A stretch of 64,000 bases of DNA from Haliotis rufescens (Eukaryota). The notes below the pieces were generated by a model. The model searched no databases and was not told the origin of the DNA. It was given only the letters and a program-made list of their open reading frames with translations. The position numbers and the translations under genes are program-made. Shown piece by piece: positions 1 through 12,618 of this stretch (position 1 is the first letter of the stretch; each line of letters starts with the position of its first letter). The DNA is taken from NCBI RefSeq assembly GCF_023055435.1, contig NW_025964001.1, positions 38,192,001-38,256,000 of the forward strand. Direction: 5' to 3'.

Positions 1-34
1 TATCCTGGCGGTTAGGGCGCAATCCTACCGTCCG

Positions 35-65
<31 letters not shown>

Positions 66-835
66 TTACAACCCTGGTCCAAAACATTAAAACATCACAT
101 TAAAGTAATCTCTCCAATTACATTTATTTCGCAAAACAAAAAAAGATGCACCTTTACGTCAGTCTTCGCATTTCCTCATATGGCCAGTGGTGGTGAAATT
201 ATATGTTGTGTTGAGAAACATGCTCAGTCTTGTTGAAGTAAGACTTTCCCTTCACCTAATGATTAACACGATCATGTCGGAAGTAAAGTACAAATGAAGA
301 ATTATCGTATTTAATAACTGCAATGTTGTCTAATATACACAATAAACACTTAATCTTCCGTTTCATGAAAGGACACGGGTGCGTCATGACAGGCTAATTA
401 AGCAAGAACATGAAGCTTAACTTGCATCATATCAAACAAACGTTTCATGAAACGTTATATAATTGGAAGATACGTGTTTTCTGATTTTCGGGAGTTTTCG
501 GAAATTTCATTTCAAACCGACGATTTTAAGATCAGGTCATAGCACACACTCATTCATTTAACAAAATGTTTTTTCCCATAGCGAGGTAATCCAGGGGTCC
601 AAATCAAATGAAGCATATTGTAGACAATTCTTCCCCCCACTGAGAGAGCAGTTTGATATTTTGGAACCCTCCATCCCCCTCTCCACATTTCTAAAATGCT
701 GTATCCGCCCATGCTGCCGTGTGAAAATCAAGGTGAAGAAGTTTTTTACTATCACCTGAATTAATTTTAAGAGTAAATGTTCATAACTCAAATTAATAAG
801 ATTTAATTTAATTTAATTTAATTAATATGATTCTC

Positions 836-1412
836 TATTATAAAAGAAGATTGCATTGTCACAAATAACCGTATCTTTTCGAATGGTGAGTATGAGGCCT
901 TTAACGATGTTTATTGCAAAATATGACATTTGCACAAGTTTATTATGGATAATTCAACAAGAAAAACCAGGCATCAACTATCCGTCACACCCAGGGGAAG
1001 ATATCCTGGTGTATGCGCGTTATATCGAGTAAATCGATTTCTTCCTGTAGACAGTATTTCTTATGAACATGGAAAGCATTTTGTCGCTTTTACTTATCGT
1101 ATTTTTAGCTGAATTCAATTTGTGATTTTAGTTTGGACTATATGTAACCAGCTATATGGAAATATTCAATGATAATACTTCATTTAGTGTGTATTGCTTA
1201 GTTATGACACGACGGCCTTCACGACAAACGCTTGTCTATTCATAGAACTCGATAATGCCGAGGGAATTCCCACGAAGACAACATGGTCGGCTGTGTAGTT
1301 AAACTGCTTTCACAATGTGGATGTCGCTCCGCGGGCGATGTCTAGCTCTGGTATTCCAACTTGGGATCACTGAATCCAACAAGGATGACCGGATTCTGAA
1401 AACGTATAGAAG
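836..1412 (+). other. Candidate 5' (probably non-coding) exons of the MGQ-repeat gene
   Basis: TATA-like tattataaaag at ~836; donor ATG|gtgagt at 885/886; exon 1246-1412 bounded by ttcatag| and AAG|gtatgg. The frame that would splice into 3578 has an upstream TGA, so these would be 5'UTR exons. Confidence 0.3.
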
Positions 1413-2045
1413 GTATGGTCATATTCCATCAACACGAATTTGTCTGAGAATATAAAAGACTGCTGTTTCTAATTTCCACACTGCACATCTCTATTTCCTG
1501 TGACATTAATATCCTGCAGTAACATATCACGTTGAAGTAGTTCATACGTGGCTTTACTCTTCTCTCTTATCTCTGATCGATATATCTTCCGGCCCTCTAC
1601 CACGATTTATCTTTCGATATAATTAGACAAGTAAGTGTACAGTATACATTTATCGGGATATTCGCCTATGGAGTGTTATATGTCCCGACATGGGTACAAT
1701 GTGTGAGTACATTTCTTTACTTTTTTGTTGTGATATTGCTGGAATATTGCTAAAAGCGGCGTAATACCATACTCACTTACTCACAGTACCTGTCACGATA
1801 GCGTATGAGAATATGTATCTGTATACGTCTGGCATAGTGGTATGGGCGTTAGCTTGTCATGAAGCACTGGGTTCGATTCCCTGAGAAGGATGATGCTCAT
1901 TGAAGATACTCTTTGTTTTACCCTGCCTGTGCATGTGATTTTAACGGGTGAATCCAGTAGGGCGGGATACGCTCACCTTTTCGCAAACACTTAGTATCAT
2001 CACTGTTTGATAATGATTTATAAACAAGGTTTTATTGTAGTTGTG

Positions 2046-2200
2046 GAAAGGGTTATGCCGCTTTTATTATTTTAATATAGTCGAGATAGCAAAGATTATT
2101 TAAGATTACGGAAAGGGTTTTGTCGCTTTTATTATTTTGATATAGTCGAGATAGCAGAGATTTCTTAAGATTATGTAAAGGGTTTTGTCGCTTCTATTTT
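2046..2200. repeat. ~65-bp tandem repeat, ~2.4 copies
   Basis: gaaagggttttgtcgcttttattattttgatatagtcgagatagca... recurs at 2046, 2111 and ~2176. Confidence 0.8.
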
Positions 2201-3603
2201 CAGGAATAATTCACAGTTTATTAATTCATAGAATTGGGATCTTCATGGTATGTCGTATGTGTGTAAACGTGATGCAACATGCAATTGTTATAATCAAGAA
2301 AAAACAATTTGTTTTGATATCACCATAAAAGAAATAACAAGGGCACTTTATACCATAAAAGTGTATCTTGAAAAACGGAGAGACAGATCCGACTCGTATT
2401 GTTAACGAATGTTAATAATTAATCGCTGTTTAATTTCTTATACGGTCCCTTGAGATCACCAGCGTTGTGCAACTTTGGGAAGGACATGACGTAGGTCTAA
2501 TTCTGTGATGATAGTATGCGCTATTTCCGGGATTTTTCTTTCCACACAGCCCTGTGAGGTGGTATTTATACACGCATACAAGTATGTGTGGTTACAGCTG
2601 TAGGCGACTAGAACTGACCAAGGGCAATCTATATCACCATGACAATACTAAACATTTTCAATAAAATCCAGTACTATTTAATGTTTGTGACTGCAATACC
2701 TAGCCAGTTCGAAAATGACTTTCGCTTTTGTTGTCGAAATGACAAATAGTTTGAGGTTTGTTGTTTTCTTTTGTGTGTTCCCGTTTCATCATTTTCAATT
2801 ATCGCTTTTTGAACGTCAATGGTTTGGACTAGTGTGGTAATACCCTAGTTCATACACTTCATCGAGTTTGTGGGTGATTGAATGAATGTTGTTTTTCGCG
2901 TGAGTGAGTGAGTGAGTGAGTAACGTTTATGCTGCAGTAGTTAATATTTCAGCGATGTGATTACGGCCTGTAAGTAACCAATTTGGTTCAGACAAACCAG
3001 TGATTGATAACTGGAAGAATGATCCACGTTGTCTGGGTACGGTGTCACACAATTAAAATAACAAAATAACTATATAAATAAATAAAAAATATAAATCATG
3101 TTAAAATAATTGACAGGCTGTCCCATTATTAAAGCAGGTGTGGCCAGGTTGGACATTGTCAAATAGGGGTATAATATATTGGGTCGGTAAATATAAAACG
3201 TCAACGCCAGAGAATAACTAGTCTTGATTATCCAGCGGATCAGATTCAATAGGGCGCAAAGGCAAAATAAAGGCGAAAATTATATGAATTGATCACTGAA
3301 ATTCAGTTATGACACGAGGTGTTTGCGAAAAAGATAACCATATCCTGCTCTTGTAGCCAAATTCTAACATTATTATTAATTTAGCAAAATATTTGTACTA
3401 TCAGAGACCATAACATAGATATTTTATTGTCTCTGGTACTAAGCACAAACATGGGAAGAAATATACGGTTAACAGTTATTCAACCTGTACCATAACGTTT
3501 GTACACAAAGGATGAGTCCTAAAAGAACTGAAATTGTTTGATTGATAAACTGATCGAAGTCATATCATACATTGCAGGTGTCATTGGGCCCGTGGAAACT
3601 GGA

Positions 3604-5940
3604 ATGTCAGAGCCTTCAATTCCACCGCTTCCTAACGTGAGGATGGCACGTGGAGATGCTGGCACAGCAACTATATCAACCGACCATGACGCTATCAAAG
3701 ATCCCCCAGCTCTCAATAGCTTCAATGATACAACAACTTGGATTGATAGTCCGATCCCTCTGGAGGAAAACCTAAAGAAGCTATCTTTAAAAAGTCCTGA
3801 AGTTCTTCTTGAGAGAGGTCGGGCTGACAGATCCAGGTTTGCATGGAAAACCATCGAGGAAAAGCCGTATACAAAACCTGAAGGCTCGAGGCCTCAAACA
3901 ACCGCAAGGTCGTCCGTGAGTAGCATCAATTATGATGATGATCATGAAACTTTCGTCCACGCTTTACTGCATGCCCCAAGTCCTGATTCTACAGCTGGTG
4001 GAATAGCAGATTTAAGTGATGAACATACACAGACTTGCATTCCAAATATCGTCTTTGAGAAGATGAATGAAAAGGAGCCTGTCAAGAAAACACCTACTCC
4101 AAGAAGGAAGAAAGGTCAAGCTTCCACCAAGGCAAAAATTTCTTCAAAAACTGAACACTTAGGTATTTGTCAGAATAATCTTCAAGGATTAACCAACCAC
4201 CGAGCTGGACTCTCTGCGACTTCAATGTTTGGAGGCCCTTGTCAGCAGGTAAATGTCTCTTTCCCTCCATTGACAATGGCAAACCAGACAACTGTATCAC
4301 AAGCTGGAAATATAGCACCCACCATACAACCCGCATCGAAGAACGTTTGCTATCAGCAGCCTGGGATGCCGACTGTATCAGGCAATGACACTAGTCCGTT
4401 GACAGCATCACCTTTGCATTGCGGACAGCAACCATTGTTCTCTGTGGCTCCTCATCATCAACATGATCAACAGCGGGGGAACTTTCTGGCGACGGACACA
4501 TTTGGAATGGGTCGATGTTCAGCCTCAGTGATTCCAGATGAATGTGGGCTTCTGACGGGTCCAAGCCGACCTCCTATGCAGATGCAATTTAACAGTTGTA
4601 ATCCTAACAAGAGCTTGACTATTGCACAGCAAACGATGGCTGGTCTGGCTGTTGGTAGCAGCATGAATGCTGGACAGGAGACTGTGGGCGGGCCTGGGTG
4701 GCAAAATGAGATATATGGTGGCCAGAAAATAAATTATTGTCTGCCAGAGAAACGCGTGATGAGCGATAGACCACAGGTGGCATCTGCACCCGCACATCCG
4801 ACAACAGCATGTCTTATATATACGGCAGCGAGTAACAACAGTGTGCGACAGCAGAACCATGGTCTGGATAGGAATAATACAGTAAGCCAGCAACATGTGC
4901 CAGCTAGTTTGATGGGAAGGACCATGGTAAGTGTTGGACAACACATGCCAAATAGTCTGATGGAAGGCAACATTGCGATTGCTGGGCAACAGATAACAGC
5001 TGGTCAGATTAGCGGTACCATGGCAGTTGGAGGCCAAGAGATGCAACTTGGTCAGATGGGATGTACAATGGCGTATGGAGGCCAGCATATGGCAGCTGCT
5101 CAGATTGGATGTACAATGGCAAATGGAGGTCACGACATGACAGCTGCTCAGATGGGAGGTGTCATATTAAATGGAGGCCAGCAGATGCCAGCTGGTCCGA
5201 ATGGATATACCATGGTGAATGGAGGCCAAGAGGTAGCAGCTGGTCAGTTGATAGCAACCATGGTGAATAGAGGCCAACATATGCCAGCGGATCAGATGGG
5301 AAGTATCATGTTGAATGGAGGCCAAGAGGTAGCGGCTGGTCAGTTGATAGCAACCATGGTGAATAGAGGCCAACATATGCCAGCGGATCAGATGGGAAGT
5401 ATCATGTTGAATGGAGGCCAACAGATGCCAGCTTGTCAGATGGGAGATGTCGTTTTGAATGGAGGCCAACAGATGCAAGCTGGTCAGATGGGAGGTACCA
5501 TGTTGAATGGAGGACAACAGATGCCAGCTGGTCCGATGGGAGGTGCCATGTTAAATGGAGGACAACAGATGCCAGCTCGAGAGATGGAAGGTACCATGGT
5601 GAATGGAGGCCAACATATGCCAGCTGGTCAGATGGGAGGTACCATGGTGAATGGAGGCCAACAGATGCCAGCTGGTCAGATGGGAGGTGCCATGTTAAAT
5701 GGAGGACAAAATATGCCAGCTGGTCAGATGGGAGGTACCATGGTGAATGGAGCCCTACAGATGCCAGCTGATCTGATAGAGAGTATCATGGCGAATGATA
5801 GGCAGCAGATTGGAATGCACAGGATGATGCGAGGCAGGACTTCCAGTCCTTTAGTTATTCTGATAACATTAGGCCGGCAAATGCCGAATGAAAGGCGAAA
5901 TTCAACACGATTCAGAACCTTGCTGCCCAAACAGAAATAG
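3604..5940 (+). CDS. Uncharacterised ~778-aa low-complexity protein with a C-terminal-half tandem 16-aa Met/Gly/Gln repeat (NGGQQMPAGQMGGTMV)
   Basis: 2.4-kb stop-free ORF in AT-rich DNA. Splice acceptor attgcag| at 3577/3578 lies just upstream of ATG 3604. Repeat units stay in frame (48 bp). Basic PTPRRKK patch; no N-terminal signal peptide seen. AATAAA at ~6392 and ~7337. Confidence 0.75.
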   Translation: MSEPSIPPLPNVRMARGDAGTATISTDHDAIKDPPALNSFNDTTTWIDSPIPLEENLKKLSLKSPEVLLERGRADRSRFAWKTIEEKPYTKPEGSRPQTTARSSVSSINYDDDHETFVHALLHAPSPDSTAGGIADLSDEHTQTCIPNIVFEKMNEKEPVKKTPTPRRKKGQASTKAKISSKTEHLGICQNNLQGLTNHRAGLSATSMFGGPCQQVNVSFPPLTMANQTTVSQAGNIAPTIQPASKNVCYQQPGMPTVSGNDTSPLTASPLHCGQQPLFSVAPHHQHDQQRGNFLATDTFGMGRCSASVIPDECGLLTGPSRPPMQMQFNSCNPNKSLTIAQQTMAGLAVGSSMNAGQETVGGPGWQNEIYGGQKINYCLPEKRVMSDRPQVASAPAHPTTACLIYTAASNNSVRQQNHGLDRNNTVSQQHVPASLMGRTMVSVGQHMPNSLMEGNIAIAGQQITAGQISGTMAVGGQEMQLGQMGCTMAYGGQHMAAAQIGCTMANGGHDMTAAQMGGVILNGGQQMPAGPNGYTMVNGGQEVAAGQLIATMVNRGQHMPADQMGSIMLNGGQEVAAGQLIATMVNRGQHMPADQMGSIMLNGGQQMPACQMGDVVLNGGQQMQAGQMGGTMLNGGQQMPAGPMGGAMLNGGQQMPAREMEGTMVNGGQHMPAGQMGGTMVNGGQQMPAGQMGGAMLNGGQNMPAGQMGGTMVNGALQMPADLIESIMANDRQQIGMHRMMRGRTSSPLVILITLGRQMPNERRNSTRFRTLLPKQK
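4885..5790 (+). repeat. Coding minisatellite, 48-bp unit (~17-19 copies), including a near-perfect 96-bp duplication (5218-5313 / 5314-5409)
   Basis: Recurring aatggaggccaacagatgccagctggtcagatgggaggtaccatggtg; units become more degenerate toward the 5' end. Confidence 0.9.
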
Positions 5941-7069
5941 TAACTCTCTTAATGGAATAATCACTGTTCCTGTGCTGTACCAAGTTAGGGTACAAAGAAT
6001 AATGTGTGTGACAGTCACGTAAATGTCTGTGTCAAAGAAGCCTATGAAAAGTTTGTAATTAATAGCGATGAAACAGTTAGTGCAAGGCTTAGTGGCTGTT
6101 GAATGGCTATATTAGGGTAAATTGTATCCATTAACTCTGTTGGAAAAATGTTTCAAATAACAGTTTCTCTGTTAGGATCTTTTTTTTTAAAAAAAGGCAC
6201 ATCTTTCCTGTGGCGGATATTTCTGGAACAAAGACTTATCCGAGACCCTTGTTGAGAGTAACCGCCTTATCTTTGTTAAGGAAACATGTTGAACAAATGA
6301 AGCATCTTACCCGGGGTAGCTAGTTCTGATGACAGGAAGCATGTAATGAAGCAACAGTCTGATTTTCAGAGGGAATCTTTTCTAAAGGGAAAATAAATTT
6401 GTAAAACAAATAATTATTAGCACCTAACTAAAACGGAAAAGATGATTGAGCTCCTAAATATTAAAAAAGGAATTCTGATCTCAAACCAACCCCCCAACCA
6501 ATCATTGGTTGCTCCCTAAAATGACTTTTGGTCAAATTGAAGAATGAGTGCAGTTCACAGGATAGGAAAGATGTGATGGAATGTACCGTTATCTGTGGCT
6601 ACAACGAGGTCGGATACAGCAAAAAGACGACTATAAGAAGCCATCTAAGCCATTAGACGTGGTATTGTAGAAGGGTATGCCCCGCTGTCCTGTGCCCATG
6701 CCAGATTACATAATTAGTCTCAAGACATTCTCTGTATGCACTTTGGCTGCTTAGGAACCCAGGTAGGTAGGATAGTCGCGATGTTGAAAATCCGAGAAAG
6801 GAAAATCCAAGAAAAGGAAACAAGATATATTTGTAATAATGTATCTCCCAAATGGTATCTATTTGATGGACATTGTTGCTCTCACGAACACAAAATATTT
6901 CGAGTCGGATGAATTTGATCAATGACAATTACCTTTATGAGTCTTGTGTAAGTGTTATTTCTCATTAACCTATTGTATTAGATAATTGTATGCTTATATT
7001 TAGCTTATATCGTTTTTTGGACATTATTATGAAGTTTATATATTTTGAATTCAGATCACAAATACCGAC

Positions 7070-7071
<2 letters not shown>

Positions 7072-7107
<36 letters not shown>
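7072..7107. repeat. (TA)n microsatellite; others in the window: poly-C 36-65, (GTT)n ~26686-26714, (CTCA/CCCA)n 28179-28232 and 28935-29020, (CA)n 31066-31102 and 40025-40078, (AAT)n 46079-46136, (TTAAAA)n 49155-49198, (GATA)n 50611-50667
   Basis: Directly visible simple repeats. Confidence 0.95.
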
Positions 7108-7109
<2 letters not shown>

Positions 7110-9485
7110 GAAGTATGCCAGTACTTCTTTAACCAATATAGAATATATTTTTCACTTGATTGTGTTTTTATTGAAATTGATTTAGTGAAATTGGTGATTT
7201 GGTCCTATTGCAAAACGCCTTTGGCTTATAGATTGTACGATGTATGAAAAATGAGATATGTCACACGAGTGAACAGCTAGTCTCGGATTAGCGATTGTGT
7301 CTAACCCTCTATTAACTTTATAAGTTTTTTTAGAACAATAAAGTCCATCTCTATACTAAGTGTGCCTCACGTAGCGTCATTTTACTCTTAAAGAGGTTCG
7401 GTTATTACTGGAGTTGTCTCCTGTGAAAATCCGGCTTAGAATTGCAAGTCGTCAGAGGCGACTAACGCAACCTGTTAAATTCATATCGGTATAATCATAT
7501 CCCACTTACCAGATCAGGAAAGCGACAGTGGGACTGTCTTTTCTAATCATGCAACCTCGAAAAGGTTAACACGAGGCATTCCGAAAGACAGTTGCGGCTG
7601 CGATCTGAACACGATCGGCTGTTTCCGGTGAAAATAGGCTTCTGGGGTGACTCGAAGGCATTGTAAGCCGGGACTATATTTGAGTCACGTGATGTAAACA
7701 TGCGTGCAGAAGACAGTTTAGAACTGAAAGAAACTGCATCTTATTCCCACACGCATAATAAAGAAACGCAACACCAGTTTTATGCTCACATAGTTTTACT
7801 TACTCTCAGCCCATCTATCAATACAGGACAGGATCAGACCGGCCAGACTCGTCACTAACTGGGGAAACTTAGAACGATCGGGATTCGACACGATCGATTG
7901 CAAACCGCGCTCTCCTCTCCTAATGTTGAAGATATCATTTTACAGTGTTCGAGCCTGGCCTGTCCTTGTCACATGTCACAATACCTCATTTTCATTCGTT
8001 ACAAGTTAGATCTGACCATGAACTCATGTGTGTCGTAAATGGAAAAATACAGAAGCCTACGTGCCAGATTGCTCATCTCTCTATTGATTTTGTGACACGC
8101 ATCCGGAAGCTCCAAATGAAATATACCTTGAAACTCTCTATTTGTTTCATTAACTAATGGACGATAGCCAGGAACCAATCCAATGATAATTATGAAATGT
8201 CCAGAATACACTTGTGATAAATGTGAAATGTCTTTTATCTATTGATTCCTTTCAAACTAAAAGTTCTGTCACAAACTATATCTAATGCAACTCCTCATTG
8301 AAGCTATAACGGTTACCATTTTCTAATGTTTTTGGGATGCATTTTTAACCTTATAACAGATATCTTCAGATCTTTGTTTAGTCGTAGGTAAACTAAGATA
8401 TGATTTTAATGGCTAACGGGCTCGGGTGGTAATTGAGGCTCGCTGACTTGGTTGATGCATGTCATCGTACCCCAGCTGCGTGGATCGATGCTCATGATGT
8501 CAATCCCTGGATTGTCTGGTCCGGATTTGATCATTTACAGACCGCCGTCATATAGCTGGAACATTGCTGAGTGTGGCGTTTAACAACAAACAAACAAACA
8601 AACAAACAAGACTTGTGTCAAAGTGTTGTGGTAACAATTTAAGTTATTGCCAAAATTGGAAAAGGTTTATTTACATGTGTGAAATGTCAAAAAGATCTCA
8701 CATGTCTCTGGTCTCGCAGCAAGCAGTGAGAACCGGTACGCAGTATTCCCGTACAGTAATACCTCACTATAAATTCCACCATGGATAATACCCCCAGATG
8801 ACGACACAGTATTAACAAACACAACATCGACCTTGGGAAGTGCCTGAATCAGATTGCCCACAGCTAAAAATAACAAAATGTATCACGTATGACGTATTGA
8901 TTATTGTTGTGACAAGCAAAGCCATTCAAAATACCTGTATTCAGACTGTGCTGAGAATAGAGGGATTCCGGGAAACGGCAGTTCGGTAATACGTGTAATG
9001 GCGGGTGTCCTACATACACCCTCGCCTGTGTGATCCCGAGTCGATACTGGCTTCTATGAAAGGGAACGCTTCCAGGAAGCCGCCTGTTATTTTGCATTGC
9101 ATACCACGTTGACACAGCCGCGGTGGTGTGTGACCCAGACGCACTTGCCTCGTACAGAATTCACACGGCGCCTTTCGACCTCACGACTTAACACACTTGT
9201 TTGAGCGCATCAATCCGCGGATATTTATATTTGGTGGTCGTGTTCTGATGTTGAAAAGCCAAACGAGTGTTAGTTGTATTGTTGTTGTTTATTTATGAAA
9301 CCAGTCATCAACATAACACCTACAATCGATACATGTTTAGAGAAACGTGAAGTGTGAGGCTGCCAGGCTCTTTTTAAACGACATTCGGGGTCTGTGTGGA
9401 GGGTATTCGGGACTCAGTAGTGTGGATCACGGAACACAAATATAATCGTATTTGGTACACAGATTCAACATCTAAAAAATAAATA

Positions 9486-10936
9486 TACTGAACAACAAAA
9501 GTTCCTGTGACATTCAATAAGATTTAATGCAAAGTTATGTTTTTTACCAAATCTGAAACAATGTCGGTTTGCAACAGCTAAAAGACTCCTGTAAGTGTCC
9601 TGAAAGTGCGTGATTTCATAAAAGAAAACATGAACATGCCAAAATGTCAATTTACAAATCAATAGCGTGTGTGTCCACCTCTGGTTGCGATGCAAGCAAC
9701 ACATCTTCATCACATGGAATGGAACGGCGTGGCAGAAAGTCCTGTGGGATATCTGTCCATATCTGCTGGAGCATGTTTCGAAGTTCCTGGAGTGTCTGTG
9801 AAACACGTGGTTGACGTCGAAGGCGCCGATCCATCTCATCCCACATGTGCTCGATTGGTGAGAGATCAGGGGAGCGAGACGGCCACATTGTTTTGTTGAA
9901 GAGGATCCTGAACAAGTCAAGCAATATGAGGCCGGGCGTTGTCATGTTGAAAGGTAATGCCTGGGCCATGACGACGCAAAAACGGTAGAACAACAGGGCC
10001 GATGATCTCGTCGCGGTAGCGCTGTCCACTATCAAACGGGTCCTCTGTCTTGCTGTAATCCCACCCCATACCATAACGCTGCCGCCCCCAAACCGATCTT
10101 CTTCCATGACACAATGATTGACGTAACGTTCAACTCGACGTCGGTACACTCGAATCCGTCCATCGCTGTGGCTGAGGTGAAAACGAGACTCGTCAGTGAA
10201 TAGAACTTGTCCCCACTACGTGGGCATCCAGCGTAGACGCTGTATGCACCACTGTAGACGTGCTTGACGGTGGTTTCCTGTCAAAATGGGACGTCTGGCG
10301 GGTCTTCTAGCGACAATCCCTGCACATCTGAGGCGACGACGTACGGTTTGTGAAGATATTCGTCGAAGGCCAGGGATGCTTCTTGCAGTCACTGTTGCTG
10401 GCTGGAATCGATTTCGTAGGTGTGTTGTTCGAATCCAGTTGTCTTGTCTGCTATTGGTTACACGTGGCCTGCCACTCCGAGGATGGTCTCTGACTGCATT
10501 CGTCTGTTGCCAACGTTGCCATAAACACCAAATGGTGTTTCTGTGGACGTTAAATTGTCTTGCAACACCACGTTGACTCGATCCTGCTTCAAGCATACCA
10601 ATGGCTCGCAGACGCTCATTTTCGGACAGGCGGGGCATTTTGTAATGTTGAATAATTGCGTAATTTTGATGTTTTTCTGAGTGGTTGCTGTCAGCACGAT
10701 ACTAAACAATGCAGATGGAATCCCGTTAACGCACATGTTTTTATACCCATTCTTGGGTAGTGAAATGCATGGGGCTTGCATGAAAGTCAACTTTTGCATG
10801 GAATGCATGCTTTTTTGTAGCAGTTGCGTTTTTGTGACTTGATTCCATACATGTACTACAATATTGAAAACCAAACTTTACTTGTTTGAAACATATACTA
10901 AAATATTGGTGTCACAGGAACTTTTGTTAGTGAGTA
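9486..10936 (-). mobile_element. Full-length, inactive Tc1/mariner (Tc1, DD34E-type) DNA transposon
   Basis: ~27-bp TIRs tactgaacaacaaaagttcctgtgaca / tgtcacaggaacttttgttagtgagta, flanked by TA (9484-85, 10937-38). Internal transposase relic. Confidence 0.95.
9652..10638 (-). pseudogene. Tc1-like transposase pseudogene
   Basis: N-terminal paired-like HTH (MPRLSENERLRAIGMLEAG...GRPR). Motifs VLFTDESRF, VMVWGGI, FQHDNARPH and WPSRSPDLSPIEHMW are spread over different frames. In-frame TAG at 10216-10218, a second stop after RPHIA, and frameshifting deletions. Confidence 0.95.
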
Positions 10937-12336
10937 TAATATCGTACATAGAAATTTCCATTTTATATGTTCTTTTCTAAATGCTTTTGAGATTTGTGTT
11001 AGGTAGTACTTGGGATTCAGGCGTGAGCATAGTCCTGCACCATGACTGTGTAATATATCTACTTTATGAAATTAAAACCAATCAAGATAAAAGCAAGTCT
11101 AGTCAGCTCTTGCCAGCTCTATTCCACAATCAGCATCAGGAAAGTATACCAGGAAAATTATTTGTTTTATTTTTAGAGGAGAATGAATAAATATATTTTG
11201 TTTTACGCCGCATTAGCCATTTTTCAGCTATTCGCGGCGAAAATTTGGACAGAAATGTATCGTGTAAGACAAGAGCGCATAGATTATATGATGAGCAAGA
11301 AGAATGAGAGCGTAAAAATAGATGTTTTTCGGGATTCAGGACAGGTACGTGCTGGCGCTCAAATGTGCCGCTATCTGATGTAGTGAAGACGCTACAAAAA
11401 ACTTTTTCAGTGCTGAATTAATTTTTTGGCCTGCTTTATCTCACCAAGGTCGTTAATGGTGCATGGATTGAATCACCATGGTCCCATATAATATCTAAAC
11501 CTTTAGTCAACAAAAAATACACGAATAGTTATCTGAATCATGGTTATATTTATACTACAGCTTTATGTATATAAATAACAATATCTGATTCTACAAATAT
11601 CGGCCGCACAACTGAGACGAGGGCGTCCTATCCATACAATCGAAACTAGTCAATTCTCGCAGCGTTCTGTTTTCTCTTTCTTTTGTGACAAAAATAGACG
11701 CATAGTCTGTCATTGACAAAACGATGTACGTGGCTGGTGCGGGTTATTCACTGTGACAATAGATGTATTTCCACCAGTTATACCCTAAGGGATTACTTGA
11801 GAAATGAAACATCTCTGTCGTCAACGTGATAGTAATATGCAAATGAGAGGTATATGCAAATTAGCATGTGAAACTCATAATGCCTATTGCTTGTCGCTGA
11901 GGTCTGGCACAACACAACAGCCTTGTTGCCTTATTTATTTCACGCCTTGGGTGGTAAGGGGCCGGCCGTGGGGTGCCCTAAAAGTATACATATGGGATAC
12001 AATATGTGGAGACCTTTTACATTATAACGCTCGATTCCAAAAAGATAGTCCTGCACCATGACCGTGGAATATATTTATTTTATGAAAAAATAATAATCTA
12101 GAAATGCATACAAAAGCAAGTCTAGCCAGCTCAAGCTAGCTCTATTCCACAGCATAGGGAATTTTTTTTATTTTTAGAGTCAAGAAGGATATTGTGTAAT
12201 ATAAGATTTCAGAGACTAAATGTTAGTCTACCAAAAAGAGTGCGTGTCTTATTATTACCTCGACCAGTGTTCATGAAATTCCATTCCAAGCTCCCTGGGT
12301 ATAATAACAGCTCCAACAAGAGCTATACACTACGAA

Positions 12337-12618
12337 TGAGTGAGTGAGTGAATTGGGTTTAACGCCGCCTTTAACATTATTCCAGTTACATCGCGGCGTG
12401 ATTCTTTAATGTGGGAGGAAAGCCCGAAGTGATGCAGGTCTCAGACGTTCACCACTTCGGTGAAACCCACGAGCACGGGTACGGTGCTGACAACCCAGAA
12501 ACATAATCGGGGCGAACCAGGATTCGAACCCACAATCATAGATATCTGGCGTGCCCAAGGTACAGAACTCTGCACAACGAATCGCGGCGTCTCAGACGAC
12601 TGGGCCACCCATGCCCCC
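12337..12618 (-). mobile_element. SINE family C, representative copy
   Basis: Head ggggcatgggtggcccagt...ggttcgaatcctgg, body gggtttcac...gagacctgcatcacttcgggctttcctcccaca, tail ggcgttaaaccc + (actc)n. Other copies at about 15297-15541(-), 27948-28232(+), 38140-38362(+), 39325-39570(-) and 40200-40415(+). Confidence 0.85.

Noticed and set aside
4525-5771. Overlapping antisense and alternate-frame ORFs within the MGQ gene
   Set aside because: Shadows of the 48-bp coding repeat.
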